Counted from the stretch's first letter, positions 28,380 to 42,200 are shown. The stretch: DNA of 64,000 nucleotides from an uncultured Gammaproteobacteria bacterium (GCA_964522405.1 CAZFTR010000001.1:116686-180685); one strand, 5' to 3'. The notes: a model not told the origin generated them from the letters alone. Made by a program: numbers and translations.

Positions 28380-28982
28380 ATGAAAATTATAAAAGAGGAA
28401 AATTTAAATTTAGATGAAATTGTTGAGGAGTTGCGACAGGGTGCTGTTATTGTTTACCCGACAGAAACTTGTTATGGTTTGGGTTGTGATGCTAGCAATC
28501 AGGCTGCGGTTGATAAAATTTTTGCTATCAAAAAAAGACAAAAAGACAAGGCATTGCTGGTAATTGCTGATGATCCTTCCACCATGATCAATTATGTAGA
28601 ATGGAACGAGCAGTTAGAACAAATTTCAGAAAAATATTGGCCAGGTCCACTAACAGTTGTAGTTGAAACTCGACCAAATTGTGGATTGGCAACTGGTGTT
28701 GAGGCTGAAGACAAGACTGTGGCTTTTAGAATAACAGATCATCCTCTGGCTTCCACACTTAGCAAGGTACTTGGAAAGCCAATTGTATCGACTTCAGCAA
28801 ATATTGCAGCAGCAGAAAGTCCATATGATATAGAATCTGTTAGAAAAATGTTTGAAGGAATGGACCAGCAACCAGATGTAGTCATTGATTCAGGTATCTT
28901 ACCTCATAAAATACCATCAACAATTATCAAATTAAACAATGGAAATTTTGAAGTGATTAGACAGGGCGAGGTGGTAGTTTAA
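28380..28982 (+). CDS. tsaC: L-threonylcarbamoyladenylate synthase (TsaC/YrdC type)
   Basis: VIVYPTETCYGLGCDASNQAAVDKIFAIKKRQKDKALLVIADD; about 200 aa, single YrdC domain. Confidence 0.8.
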   Translation: MKIIKEENLNLDEIVEELRQGAVIVYPTETCYGLGCDASNQAAVDKIFAIKKRQKDKALLVIADDPSTMINYVEWNEQLEQISEKYWPGPLTVVVETRPNCGLATGVEAEDKTVAFRITDHPLASTLSKVLGKPIVSTSANIAAAESPYDIESVRKMFEGMDQQPDVVIDSGILPHKIPSTIIKLNNGNFEVIRQGEVVV

Positions 28983-29169
28983 AATAACTAATAATTAGCA
29001 ACTAACAATTAACAAGTGATTGGTGATTGAATGCTGTCAATTGAATTAAACCGCTTGCCAAACACAAGGGATCCCTCGATTACGTTTTTCTTTCAGAAAA
29101 CTTCACTCGGGATGACAGTGCTGTCATCCGCATAATCAGGATTATCCGTAAATCCGAATACCCCAACAC

Positions 29170-30384
29170 ATGAAAAAAAGGAGAGCTAAACAATTGCAAA
29201 GAAATTTTTCTCGGATGTTTTGGATTCGAGCTTTTTTGAATCTCAAGGTTATAAATATTGTCTTGTCACTTTTTTATCTGCACAGGGGAGCAACACTAGC
29301 TGAGATTTTTTATCTTGGACTTTTTTGGGCGACAGGTGCCTTGCTGTTTGAAATACCCTCAAGCTATCTGGCAGACAAATGGGGGAGAAAGAGAACCATA
29401 ATTTTGGGTGCGATTTTCATGTCTATTTATTTGTTTGTTTTTATATTTGCTCAGGGTTTTATCTGGTTGGCGGTAGCCATGGTTTTCTACGGTCTTAGCT
29501 TTGCTTGTTTTTCCGGTACAGATCATGCACTTCTCTATGATACAGAAAAAGAATTAAGAGGAGAGGAAAAAACTTTATCCAGGCTTGGTTCTTATGATTC
29601 AGCCCAAAATATATTTAAGATTTTTACTCCGATCATCGGGGCATTGATTGCTCATGATTTAAGCTCTATTCAATTTGTTATTGTTATAGTAATTGATTTT
29701 ATCGGAACACTTGTGGCTTTGTATTTGTCATTTAGAATTGTTGAGCCAAATCATCATATGGATTTAGAAAAACAAGAAGCCGGAATAATTATGGATGCAA
29801 TTAAGATTTTTAAAACTCACAAGATGTTGGCCAGGGTGATCTTGAACAGTGAGTTAGTATTTTTTGCAAGCTTAATTATTTTCCTTTATTATCAGAAAAT
29901 ATTTGTTGATCTTGGGTTAACAATTATATTTATTGGTGTTGGTTGGGGTTTTTCTCATCTCTTGAGATTTTTGGTAAAAAGGAATATTCATTTATTGATG
30001 CCCAAAATATCAATTTACAAAAGAATAAATATTTTAAACCACATAGCTTTTGCGTTTTTAGCCAGTTTTATAGTTGTTTGGTTTTCTGTTAAGTTTGCGG
30101 TTCTGCTATTTATACTTTATATAATATTTTCAGTCACTGAAGGAGCCAGAAAACCTCTATTTGCTGAAATATACAATAAATATAGTCATTCATATAACAG
30201 GTCAACTACATTGTCTCTGGCAAACTTTACTCATAGTATTCTTGAGTTCCCAATTTTTATTTTTGCTGGGATTTTGATTACAAAAAATATCATATTTCCA
30301 ATTATCTTTGGATTATTTTTAATATTATTTACTTTAGTGTTTTTGACATTAAAGCAACCACAAGGTAAATTAAAGAGACTATGA
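29170..30384 (+). CDS. MFS transporter
   Basis: About 12 predicted TM helices; loop 2-3 motif region GRKRTIILGAIFMS. Confidence 0.7.
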   Translation: MKKRRAKQLQRNFSRMFWIRAFLNLKVINIVLSLFYLHRGATLAEIFYLGLFWATGALLFEIPSSYLADKWGRKRTIILGAIFMSIYLFVFIFAQGFIWLAVAMVFYGLSFACFSGTDHALLYDTEKELRGEEKTLSRLGSYDSAQNIFKIFTPIIGALIAHDLSSIQFVIVIVIDFIGTLVALYLSFRIVEPNHHMDLEKQEAGIIMDAIKIFKTHKMLARVILNSELVFFASLIIFLYYQKIFVDLGLTIIFIGVGWGFSHLLRFLVKRNIHLLMPKISIYKRINILNHIAFAFLASFIVVWFSVKFAVLLFILYIIFSVTEGARKPLFAEIYNKYSHSYNRSTTLSLANFTHSILEFPIFIFAGILITKNIIFPIIFGLFLILFTLVFLTLKQPQGKLKRL

Positions 30385-31538
30385 ATCATCAACATCCCAA
30401 ATTATATTTTATAATTTTTCTGGGCATTGCCCTGCTTGCTTCTATTGGAATTGGCTGGCAATGGACTCAGACTCTTCATGCAGTAGAGATTTCTTCTTTA
30501 ACTTCTCAAATAACTCCGGTTGTAAATAGAAGGCCGGAAGTTATGCTCAAACAGCAGCAAACCAAACCTCTAAAAAGAGAAGTAAAAGGAGTTTATCTAA
30601 CAGCTTATTCAGCGGGAAATACCAAAACAGTCGATGGTATTATTGATCTTATCAATCGAACAGAATTAAACGCAGTTGTTGTTGATATAAAAGATTATAG
30701 CGGAAAAGTCTTATATGATAGTGATTTAGAAATTATAAATAACTTAGAGCTTGAAGATGATCGAATCGGAGATGTGCGAGCACTTATCAAAAAATTACAT
30801 GATCATGATATATATGTAATAGCCAGACAAACTGTTTTTCAGGATCCAATTTTGGCCGAGAAAAAACCAGAACTGGCAATTCACAGCAAAAATGGAGGTC
30901 TTTGGAGAGATAATCTAGGTTTGGCTTGGGTAGATCCAACTCAAAAACAGGTTTGGGAATACAATGTAGCGCTTGCCAAAGAAGCAATTAGGCTAGGTTT
31001 TGATGAGATACAATTTGATTATGTTAGATTTCCATCAGATGGAAATATGGGTTTAGTAATTTATACTAATGGAGAATTACAAATACATGAGGTGATGGCT
31101 GGCTTTTTCGCCTTTTTGGGTCAAGAGTTGACTAGTCAACCAGCCTGGATATCTATAGATATGTTTGGTTTTGTTATGGAGCGCCATGATGGTATGTCTA
31201 TTGGCCAGCGTCTTGAAGATGCTGTTGATCATATTGATTATATTTCCCCGATGATGTATCCATCACATTATCCGAGTGGGCATCTTGGCTTGGCAAATCC
31301 TGCTGATCATCCAGGCTTGGTTATAGACAATGGTATGAAAAAGGGAATGCCTTCTTTTGCAGACAAAAGAGCAAAACCAAGACCTTGGATCCAAGCCTTT
31401 CATATTGGTGCATATTATGACGGACCGAAAATACGAGCTCAGATAGATCATGTTGAAAAATATACAGATGGTGGCTGGTTATTATGGAATCCAATAAATA
31501 GATATAGTACAGATGGTTTGAAGCTGTCTTCAAATTAA
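30381..31538 (+). CDS. Putative glycoside hydrolase-like TIM-barrel protein (GHL/DUF4015-like)
   Basis: N-terminal signal/TM, then VKGVYLTAYSAGNTKTVDGIIDLINRTELNAVVVDIKDYSGKVLYD, which is typical of this family. Confidence 0.5.
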   Translation: MNHQHPKLYFIIFLGIALLASIGIGWQWTQTLHAVEISSLTSQITPVVNRRPEVMLKQQQTKPLKREVKGVYLTAYSAGNTKTVDGIIDLINRTELNAVVVDIKDYSGKVLYDSDLEIINNLELEDDRIGDVRALIKKLHDHDIYVIARQTVFQDPILAEKKPELAIHSKNGGLWRDNLGLAWVDPTQKQVWEYNVALAKEAIRLGFDEIQFDYVRFPSDGNMGLVIYTNGELQIHEVMAGFFAFLGQELTSQPAWISIDMFGFVMERHDGMSIGQRLEDAVDHIDYISPMMYPSHYPSGHLGLANPADHPGLVIDNGMKKGMPSFADKRAKPRPWIQAFHIGAYYDGPKIRAQIDHVEKYTDGGWLLWNPINRYSTDGLKLSSN

Positions 31539-31547
31539 GCAGTAGCT

Positions 31548-32369
31548 ATGCAAACTGATTTGCTCAAACCGACCTATCTCAAAGAACTTTGTCAGAAATA
31601 TCATCTCCGACCTTCTAAAAGCTATGGACAAAATTATCTGATTTCATCATCTCCTATTCTTAAGATGATAGAAGCAGGAAGTCTTACCAAAAAGGATACA
31701 ATTATAGAAATTGGTCCGGGTTTTGGTGTTTTAACTTTGGCTATTGCTCCAAAAGTGAAGAAAGTCATTGCTTTTGAAATTGAGCAAAAATTAAGAGAAT
31801 ATTGGCAGCAAAAACAAGGGGAATTTCAGAATATAGAAATTGTTTGGGGTGATGTGCTCAAGCAGATTGAAAAGACTAAACTTCCTGCTAAATACAAAGT
31901 TCTTGCCAATCTTCCTTATCAAATTACTTCTTATATTTTACGAAAAATATTTGAACTAAAAAATCCCCCGGAACAGATAATTGTTATGGTTCAAAAAGAA
32001 GTAGCAGATCGGATTTGTGCTAAGCCCGGGGAAATGAGTATTTTAGCTGTGTCAGTTCAATATTTTGGAAATCCAAAAATTATAACCAAAGTACCAAGGG
32101 GAAGTTTTTGGCCTTCTCCAAAAGTAACATCAGCTGTGGTAAGTATTTCAAATATACAAAACAGATCTCAAGCAGAAGTTTTTTTTAGATTTGTTAGAGC
32201 TGGTTTTTCTCATAAACGAAAACAACTTTGGAAAAATCTTTCAAGTGCTCTCTCTATAGAGCCGACATTGGTCAAAAAATCTCTTGAAAGGTTATTTGCA
32301 AATCATAAGATTAGAGCAGAAGAGTTGGGAGTGGGTGATTGGGAAAAATTAGTCGATGATCTTGGATAG
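31548..32369 (+). CDS. rsmA: 16S rRNA (adenine1518/1519-N6)-dimethyltransferase
   Basis: SKSYGQNYLISS ... IIEIGPGFGVLT (SAM-binding) ... NLPYQITS. Confidence 0.88.
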   Translation: MQTDLLKPTYLKELCQKYHLRPSKSYGQNYLISSSPILKMIEAGSLTKKDTIIEIGPGFGVLTLAIAPKVKKVIAFEIEQKLREYWQQKQGEFQNIEIVWGDVLKQIEKTKLPAKYKVLANLPYQITSYILRKIFELKNPPEQIIVMVQKEVADRICAKPGEMSILAVSVQYFGNPKIITKVPRGSFWPSPKVTSAVVSISNIQNRSQAEVFFRFVRAGFSHKRKQLWKNLSSALSIEPTLVKKSLERLFANHKIRAEELGVGDWEKLVDDLG

Positions 32370-32534
32370 AGAGCGGGGATTGTCAATAATACTTTTTTTG
32401 TTTCGCTTCACTATTGCGGATTTTTTTAAATATGAGATAATCAATTGTTAAAATTGGTTATGCCCAGTTTAAATGTATTGCTGATTGTTGTTATTTGGTT
32501 TTTTTGATATAATGTATTTACAATATAACTCATT

Positions 32535-33218
32535 ATGCAAGACAAATTTGCAGAATCGCAAGCACTATCTCGAGAAAGAAAAATAGGTTTTGTTTTCCTA
32601 TTGATTTTTGCTATTTTGACAGTAAGTCTGGGAGTGCTTCAGCTCAGAAATACTATTTACGGACCTTATGCAATTAAAGTCGCCAAAAAAGATAGTGTTG
32701 AGAGTCTTCTACTAAAAGACGAAGATGCCAGATTGCAACAAATCGATACAGACCATGATGGAATAAATGATTATGAAGAATTGTTTTTTTATGAAACCAG
32801 TCCGTATATTCCAGATACTGATTCAGATGGTATAAGTGATAAGGAAGAATTAGAAGATGGAACTGATCCGCTTTGTCCAAAGGGACAGGATTGTGGTGAA
32901 GTTCAGAGCGAGGCAATTTCAGATCAAGCACCAAAACAAGAAGTTATTGGATCTCCGATTGTTGGAAATGTCAAAACAGCTGCTGAATTGTTGGGTGGCG
33001 CTACTACTGACCAGCCTCCAGAAGTGGATATTGCCAGTGAATTGGCAACCATTGCCACTGATGCTGATATACTTAGAGAGATGCTTTTGGCAACAGGAAA
33101 TATAACCCAAGAAGAACTTGATAAAGTAACAGATGAACAACTATTAGAATCTGCTAAAAACCTTCTTTCTACGCAGGGTACTGCTCCAGTAGCTACCGAA
33201 GAAGAATCCAGTCAATAA
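32535..33218 (+). CDS. Membrane-anchored acidic protein with Ca-binding-like DxDxDG repeats
   Basis: TM segment IGFVFLLIFAILTVSLGVL; DTDHDGINDYEE and DTDSDGISDKEE (thrombospondin-type-3/EF-like) repeats; stop codon abuts the start of the giant ORF. Confidence 0.5.
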   Translation: MQDKFAESQALSRERKIGFVFLLIFAILTVSLGVLQLRNTIYGPYAIKVAKKDSVESLLLKDEDARLQQIDTDHDGINDYEELFFYETSPYIPDTDSDGISDKEELEDGTDPLCPKGQDCGEVQSEAISDQAPKQEVIGSPIVGNVKTAAELLGGATTDQPPEVDIASELATIATDADILREMLLATGNITQEELDKVTDEQLLESAKNLLSTQGTAPVATEEESSQ

Positions 33219-33219
33219 C

Positions 33220-36200
33220 TTGCTGATTTTTATGTTTAAAAATCAAAATAGAAAATTAAAAACCTCATTGATAATACTGTTATCAAGTTTTGTTATTTTG
33301 GTTCCGGTTCTTGCCGGTTTACTAAAAATTGATCAGGCTCATGCTCAGGCCGCTGCAGCAGCAAAAGCAGCAGCAAAAGTTGCCACAGAAGCAGCATCAG
33401 GAGCAGCAAATTCAGCTCCGGCAGTGCCAACTCATGAGTTGAGTAGTGTTCCGAAGAAAATGCAAAAAATAGAAGATACTCTAGACGATACTTTTTTATC
33501 TACAGGACTTTCAGCTCTTATTAGTGGAGCTTCATATTTTTTAAACCGCCTTGCTTATGATGGTGCTAGGTGGATTGCTTCGGGTGGAAAAGGGCAGGGA
33601 GCACTTGCTTTTCAAGATGGATTTGGAGAGTACATCTTAAAAGTTGGAGGAGACAGTGTTGCTGATGCTGTTCAGCAGTTGGGAAATCCCTATGGATTAA
33701 ATCTCTGTAAACCCTCAAATTTAGATGTGCAGGTTTACCTGCAACTAGGATATAGAAAAGTTTATGATGGGCTTGGTGGAGAAGGTGGTCCTAAACCAAA
33801 ATGTTCATGGTCAGAGCTCAAGGATAAAATTGAATTTCAAACTTCAGGCGACGGAGTGCGATATTTTGGAGACACTATTGTCGAAGGTTTCCAAAACTCT
33901 TTTAGAGTTGAAGATAGTGATTTTGGAATTGCACTTGGAGCAGCTGGACAGCTAGACAGAATATATGCCCAAAAACAACAAGAAGCAGAGGGTGAACAAT
34001 TGGTTGGTGAAGGGTTTAAGCCACTTAAGAGTATGTTGTCTGGAAAAACTCTAACTCCGGCACAGATAATAAAAGAAGAAGCAAAATCTATTACTGCCAA
34101 ACATCAGGGTCAGATGACGGCTAATCAGATATCTGGAGTTTATGGCTCAGGAAGTATTGAGGCTCTGGTGGGTGCTGCTTCAATTTTTTTGACTACACTT
34201 ATATCTGATCTTTCCAAAAATATTTTAACTGATGGTTGGTTGACAGATCCTGGTTCAGGTGGAGGGGGTAGTTTATCTTCAAATACAGAAGTTGTAATCA
34301 ACGAATTTGCTTCAGCCATAAACCAAAATAGAAGAGCTGCAGAAAATGCCTTTAAATTTTTGTTTACAGCAGTTCCTGTTAAGCAGAGTTCCAGTTATCC
34401 GCTTTTGGATGATTTTGCCTCATGTCCTGATGATCCTGCTTTAAACCATCCTAAATTAACAAATTGTGTTATTGACCGAGCCTTTAGAGAAGCAATAGAT
34501 CGTGGAAACCAGGGGAGTAGTTTGACTATAAGAGAAGCCATGCTAAAGGAAAACGGAGAACTTCTCCACGGAGGTTGGCCTCTAATATCTCCTCTGAGAG
34601 AAGAAGAACATACAGAAGTAAAAGATTGTTATAGAAATGGATATTGCTACTCAAATATACAGAAATTGAGAAAAGCTCGTATCCTTCCTCTTGGTTTTGA
34701 GATCGCAGCCCTTCGTTCTGATCCGGATCAGCCCTGGACTCTTAAGCAGGTTGTAGATGGATTCAACGATTGTGCGGTTGATCCTGATTCTGGAAATATT
34801 GTCCAAAGTTCAAAAAAACCTTTTTGTCATTTGATTGATCCAAATTGGATTATACGCTTACCTGATCCGCGTTGTGAATCACTTGTTTATGGGCCAAATT
34901 TGATTTCCAATGCTGCGCCTACAAGACATAGTGAATGTGCTGATATTTCTACTTGTTTACTTGAAGATGAAAATGGCCAATGTATTGGTCAATATGGTTA
35001 TTGTCTAAAAGAAAAAAATGTCTGGAATATGCCGGGTCAATCTTGCCCTGCTCAGTTTAGCACTTGTGACACTTATACCAATACTAAGACTGGGAAAATA
35101 GAAAGCTTTTTATCAAGAACTGTAGACTATGATCAATGTACTAGTGATGCTGCTGGCTGTAGAGCATATAGTATTTACCAGGAAGACGGTGCATGGAGAA
35201 ATAGTAGTCAAACAGATGAGCTTTTAAAAACCAAAGGAGAGGCGCAAACCATGTATTTTGGAAAACTGGCAAGCCATGCAACTTGTCCTATTGATGTTGA
35301 TTTAAATGCTGATGGTTGTTCTGCATTTCTTCAGGTAACTTTTGACAGCGAAGTTGGTAATTATCAGAAAATAGCAGCTGCCACACCTCTTTATATGCAA
35401 AAGGCTCCAAATTATCTAGGTTGTTATGATACTGATTTATCTACCAAAGAAATTATAGATTGGCCAATTTCAGAAACTGATTTAACCCTTCTGACTGATA
35501 GACCTGAACAATGTGCAGACTATGCTCAGGTTTGTGTAGAAGATGAAGCAGGTTGTAGAAAATATCGCGCAGCTGAATCCGGAGTTCAAGACGTGGTTGG
35601 TATTGTGGGAGCAAATTCTTGTCCTGCTGAATGCGTAGGTTATGATACTTTCAAACAGGAAGAAAGTAATTTTGAACCTTCAATATTCCCAATGTATTTT
35701 ATTGCTGACGGTGTTGGGTCTAGAAGTTGCCCAGGACAGTATTCCAGCTGTTCAGAATTTACCAATATTGGCGCTGCCGGAGAAGGTGGAGAAGAGCTTG
35801 AGTATTTTGTTGATATTAAATATTGTGAAAAACCAGAAGAGGACAATGAAAAAACCTATTATTCTTGGGAAGGATCTGACAGTGCTGGATATGTTTTGAA
35901 AGTTCACAAAATGAAACAAATTGATCAAGAGGAATATACTTCTTATATTTTTAAAGTGGGTCAAGCAATTCAATTTAATCCTGGAGATAATTTAAGTTTT
36001 TATGAGATTGGATCACCGGCATATGCCAAAGATTCAGTAGAAAACTTAGAAGAATATTATCATGCTTGTAATGAGGAAAATTATAAGCAACTCATAAATG
36101 GAGAAAATCAGTTAGGAGATATAGACGAAGGTTGTGCTGCAATTTATGATAATGATGGAAATATTTATTATAGAATTTTATCAGAAACTGTAACTGTATC

Positions 36201-39200
36201 TGATCAATGTACACCTTATAGAAAAACTAATACTTATCTTGAATTGGATTCAGATTTAAATACTAGTGAACTTTGTTCATACAAATCAGGACTTTGGTCA
36301 GATGCTAATCTCAGTTGTGAGAGATGTTTCAATGGCGGAGAATATCTAGATGGGTCTTGTGTTTATTGGACTATTCCAAGTGAGTCTCTTTCATGTCAAG
36401 GTCCTGCAGGACAAGAAAATTTGTACAATGGTTGTCGAACTTATACTGGAAATGCAGTAAATGATCCTGTTCAGAAAATATTCTTTGATTTTGAACCTCA
36501 GCCATCTGATGATGATCCTGATGGTTTGAACAATGCCAAAGATGGTTGGTCTGTAGGAGAAATTACTCTTGACGCACAGCAAGTGGGACTTCATTCATTG
36601 CAAATTGATTCTGGTATTGTTGCTTTAGATGTGCCTGCTGAGATATTTACTGAGGATAAATGGTATGAATTAACTTTTTGGGCTAGAAGCGCTGTTGAAC
36701 AAAACCTAGTTGTGAAACTGATTCAGATTGCTCAGGATGTTGGCAATTTCAATTCTAATCCAAATATAGAAGGTGGGGAGATCCCAGTTAAAATAAATAC
36801 CAATTGGCAGGAATATAAATTAGGTCCGGTTCAATTTGCTGGAAGTACTGACTTGGAGGTGACGGCTATGTTCCAGGCAGTTTCTCTTGGGGTGAGTAGT
36901 GCTTATTCAATTGATAATGTTCGTATAGTGGAAGTTCCAAAATTTCACCGCATTAAAAATTCATGGCAACAAAAAGATACTGGTCCACTTGGTGAAGAGG
37001 TTGTTTTGGATGTTCCTTTGCTCTGTGACACTACACCTACTGATCCGTTCCCAGGTGAACATCTTGGCTGTAGTGCATATACGGACAAGACTGCAGATCC
37101 TGATCTGCCAGTCTATACTTCTGGATTTGAAAAATTGTGCAGAGTCAAAGCAGAAGGTTGTCGTCCTATAGTAGATACTTTTAATACAGTGAGCCATGAA
37201 GATCCGGGCAATCAAGATAATACCTTAACTCATGTATACAATGCATGGTGTGAGGAATTGGCAGAGGACATTTGTCAGGTTAAACACATTGATCAGGTAT
37301 TGGGAGAATGTCAGGTTGGAAAAGGTAAAAATGGTTGTTATATTCCAAAAATTGTCATTCCTGCCGGTGTGGAATTCAAAGATTTGTTAAATACCACAGA
37401 TTCAACAGTGGTTGTACCTGCTGATACAGAGGAAACTACACCAATTTATCTAACCTACAATACTGAGTATGCATGTTCTTCCAGCTTTATGGGTTGTAAA
37501 GCTGGTGCTCTTGAAGAGCAATCTCTACCAACAGAAAATCAAATTTCCTATGAGTTTAGTGAGCAAATGGTCTATGATAATCCGACTTTTTATGAACAAA
37601 CTCTTTGTAAATCAGAGGAGTTAGCTTGTGAAGAATACCGACATGGTAACAGTTTGGCTTACTTCAAAGATCCATATCTTACTGGTTCCAAACTGTGTAA
37701 ATATCGAGAAAATTTAGACTCAGGTGAGAACTATGGATGGTTTATGGAGGGTATAGGAAAATGTACTGGAACAGAAGATCTCTGTAGTTCAAGTGATGAT
37801 TGTTCTGAGGATGTTGCTTGTGATCTTGAGATAGATGTTCCTTGTTATGATAATTATCTGCAGGCTGGTGGAGAAAATGGCATTTGGTCAAATGATGCCT
37901 TATTTCATCCAATAACAGGAGAGAGTTTGTATGATGGTTTTGTTGGATTATGTGAATCACAATATAATAATTGTACTGAATATTTGGATCCACAGGATAG
38001 TTCTGGAGCTGATCCAGATGGTAAACCTTATTACGTTATAGCAGACAACCAATTGATTTCCGGTCAGTCTGAGTGTGCCGGACAGGTTAGTTTGCACGAG
38101 GGTTGTGTCTTGTTTGATCAAACAGACAACCCAAATAAGTTTTATGACAGTGAAGCAAGTTATAAGAAAAGCGCTGCTACAGATAATCCAAAATATCAAC
38201 CGGTTACACCAATTACCAGTGGTAATCTGGACGCAAATGTAGTATTGAAAGTTGAAGCTAATAGAAGCTGTAGCGAATGGTTGTCATGTAAAAATAGTAT
38301 CAAGATTACTGATGAAAATGGAATTCCAAAAAATGTTTGTAATGAATTCAAAGCTTGCAAGGAATCAGATGGTTCAGCGGGCTGTGCTAATTGGGCTGTT
38401 GATTCTGCTTACGAAACAGAGCCTTTGACTCAAGAGAAATATATTAAGCGTGATACATCCTGGTATGGAGAAGAATACACAGGATATTCACTGTTTGATA
38501 AATATCAGATTAGTAGTATTGCTTATGTTTCTGTAGAAGACGAGCCATTTTCATATATGGCTTACGAATTACATCCTGGAGTTGCTCCAAATAATAACTG
38601 TATAGGACAAGCTGCTTGGAGTAAATGTGGTTTTGATAATGGTGGTAGATGTCATAATGAAAAATGTATCTATACTATGAGCGGTCCTTTTTTACCTGAC
38701 TCTGATACAAAAGATGAAATCGTGGCAGAGTTAGAGGGCGGAACTTGTAAGGCTTTCCCAGAGGATAGTTCACCATATGATTTTAGTTTTGCAGAGCAAC
38801 CAACGCTTCATGAGACTGCCTATGATGACGGGCCTGATAGATATACTTTTGAAACCAAGAAAAAAGGATATGGTGGAGCAAATATTTGTCAGAGTGGAGA
38901 GAATTGCTCCTGTGAGTACAAGAAAATAGCTTATGGTAATGGTACAACTGATTACTTGAGCTATAGTGAAGATAAATATGCCAAAGGTGTTTGTACGGGA
39001 GGAGATTTTGCTCAGAAATCTTGTAGAATAAATTCTGACTGTGGTGCGGGTGGTTCTTGTAGTAGGATCACGAGTATTGAAACTCATATAGGTTTGAGGG
39101 GTCTGTGTATGGAATATGATTTGAGCAGACCAATAGACAAAGATAAGGATATTTACCCGTGTCTCACTTGGTTGCCGGTGGATACTGCGGCGACAGTTCT

Positions 39201-42200
39201 TGATCCATATAACAATGATCCAAAAGCAGGTTATCTACCACGGCTTGATGCCAGTGTTACTCTAGCCAATGGTTTTAAGAGTGAGTATGGACAAGTTTAT
39301 TGTAGCGAGGCATCAGGAAATGCCAAGGGTGCCTATGACATAGATGGATACAGAGAGATAACAAATGCAATTAACCAATCTACAGTTCCAAAATTTTCAG
39401 CCATATGTGATGGTAATCCAGATACTTTTGTTTGTAACAAGGACCTGTATAGTAATATGTTCAATGAGTATGGAGATTATATCTTTGATGAGAAAAAATG
39501 GGTAAGTATTACTGGTAATCCAGAGATAGCTTATGATGTTGGTGATGCAAATGCAGAATTTCCATTTACAGAAAAACTGCCTGTATTGCGTGATCCATTT
39601 AATGCTGGTTGGGGTGATAATTTTTCTTCTTTTAATACTTGGGAAGATGTGGAAGGATCCAAAACCACTATAATGCAAGGATTTTTTGAATGGCAAACTC
39701 GTCCACCGGCTACACCTGGTTCAGATGTGCTTACTGGCGCTAGTTTGTATCCTGATGATGACCAGAACAAGAATATATATAATTATCCGGATTTTGTCTA
39801 CTCCTTGGTTCAGCAATGGGCCTGGCATGGTGGTATGTATGGCAGAGGGTTGGCAGAAACCAAGGAATCCAAGAATATTATTTTGAATACCAAGAGTATA
39901 TCTGATCTGTGTGGAGATTTGATAGGTAAGGGGCAGCTATATACCGGTTGTGCAGACCTCTATAATTTTGCTGTAAATGCTCCAACTAAAACTCAGCAGG
40001 TTGAGTTATTAAAAGCTCTTCTTAACGCTCGAGTCAGTAGAATTTTAGCTGAAGATACCGAGGAAATTAAGCAGCAAGAAATAGTCAATCCAAATTCAAC
40101 TGTATTATTTACCTCAGCTCTTTATTTTAGGGATTACTTATATACTTCTTTGAAAAAAGTAGAAGAGATTGCGCCTGTAAAGGGTCTTGAAAGTAAAGGT
40201 CAGGATAAGAATAAATGGTATCTAGAAGATGAAGAGATGACCGAAGACTTGAATGGGGATGGTAAGGTTGATTATAAAGATATCACTGATCCTGAGTCTA
40301 TATTTTTGAGAGTAAGTTATGAACCGGTAGATTTTCATAGTTATACTCCGGGAACAATTGAAAAGGTCTTTGATTTTACAGGCGGCAGTAATAAAAGCAC
40401 AGATAAAGATGATCCAAATAATTATTTTTACAAGAGCTCAATTTGGGGGCATGCTACCAAGAAACTACGTGGTTATCATCCGGTCTTTTACAATTATGAA
40501 GCAGCAATAGAGGTTGTAGAAGATGAGATCAGTAAATTGCACTATGGACCAATGATGGCTCCAAATGGGATTGAAAGAGTTCTTACTATTGATTTTGATA
40601 CTCTTAATAATAGTCTGCCGCTTGAGTCAATCACAGCAAATGATGGGGTTTTGTACGATCTTAACTATTATTCAGAGGCTGTAAAAGGAGTTTATGTTTT
40701 TAAGGTAAGCCCAAGAACAGGTCCTAGAGCAGGTTGGTCACGATATATTATTATATCTATGGAAGACGGGGGATTTAGCGAAGATAAACCAGTGACTGAT
40801 TTGAGTCTTGATTTCTTTGTGGAGCTTCTTGACGAGTGGGCTGGAGATTCAAAATCCAAGTGGTCAAAGGGTGTGGATTGGATTGACGAGGATTTGGGAA
40901 ATAGATCACTTATTTGGGTCTGGGCTGATTTTGATGAGAAAGGTAATATGTCCGATGATTTCATAAAATCAAACTACCAAGCTTGGTATCAAAATACTAA
41001 AAGTATTTTTGTCTACAGTTCAGAGTTCAATGCCAAAGATGGAAAAACTCCTTTCTTGGCAGTTGTAGCAGAGACACATCCAAGATGTACAGAATTCCAG
41101 GTTGTTTATGATAGTGAAACCGAAGGGCTGGGCGGTTCAACTAACAAGGCTTGGACTGATAGAGTTTGGAATTATTCTAATTATCAACCGGGAACTACCT
41201 TTTTCTTTGGTAATAAATTAACTAAGCCGGCCTTTTCTCGACCTTTTGGTTCATTGCAATTAACTGCTGATTCTTTTGAAGGTACAAATGCATCAGGTTT
41301 GAGTTGGGAAGATGCCAGACGCAGATACACCTTTAGATCACCTGAGTTTGATGGTATACCTTATTCATGTGACGCAACAGCTCTAGAGTCAGAGCAGACC
41401 GCATTCAATCAAGGTAACTTTTTTAATGAAGGTTTGATGTATGATAATCCAGATTTTATTGGGCTTATAGAGTGGGGTGAACAAAAATGTATAGCGTCTT
41501 ATGGTGGAAATAATGAACTATATAACACCATGTCTTTTGTTGAGGCTGAAAATGGTATAGATATGCTATCTCAATTATTTAAAAAATCATTTACCTCTAT
41601 TAGAGCAAATGAACAGGGAGAAAATAAATTTGGTATTAAAGGAGCAATTGATCCACAGAATTCACTCTTTGTGAAGGAAGTTGGATTTGATGGTTCATCT
41701 ACTGCTGAGGCAGGTCTAATTCCTCCACAAATATATTCACTAAATCCAACCACTTGTTATGATTATACCGGTGGTAAAATTAATTGTACTATTGGAGAAG
41801 CAGATAATATAACCATAAACAGAAGAAATTTCATGTTAGAAGATTATGATGATGATGGATTTTATGATGAAGATCTAAATGGTGATGACTTGCCTGATCT
41901 GATAATTGCAGAAAATTCATTTACTGCTGTTGCTCATTTCTTTGCTTATGCTGATCATAACCGCATGCCTATTCGAAGAGTAATGGTTGATTGGGGAGAT
42001 GGAGATATTTCAAATCAAGATAGAAAGGGAATGTATAAGAATAGAAAACCATATTGTATTGGTGTTGGTAATGAGCAGAGTCCAGATATTGGAGAGTGTT
42101 CTCAGTCTGAGCAATTAACTTGTCTCAAAGATTCAGATTGTCCTTTGGCAGGAGAAACTTGTGATTTGAATGCAGCCAGGCATTTTGGAAATTCAGATAG

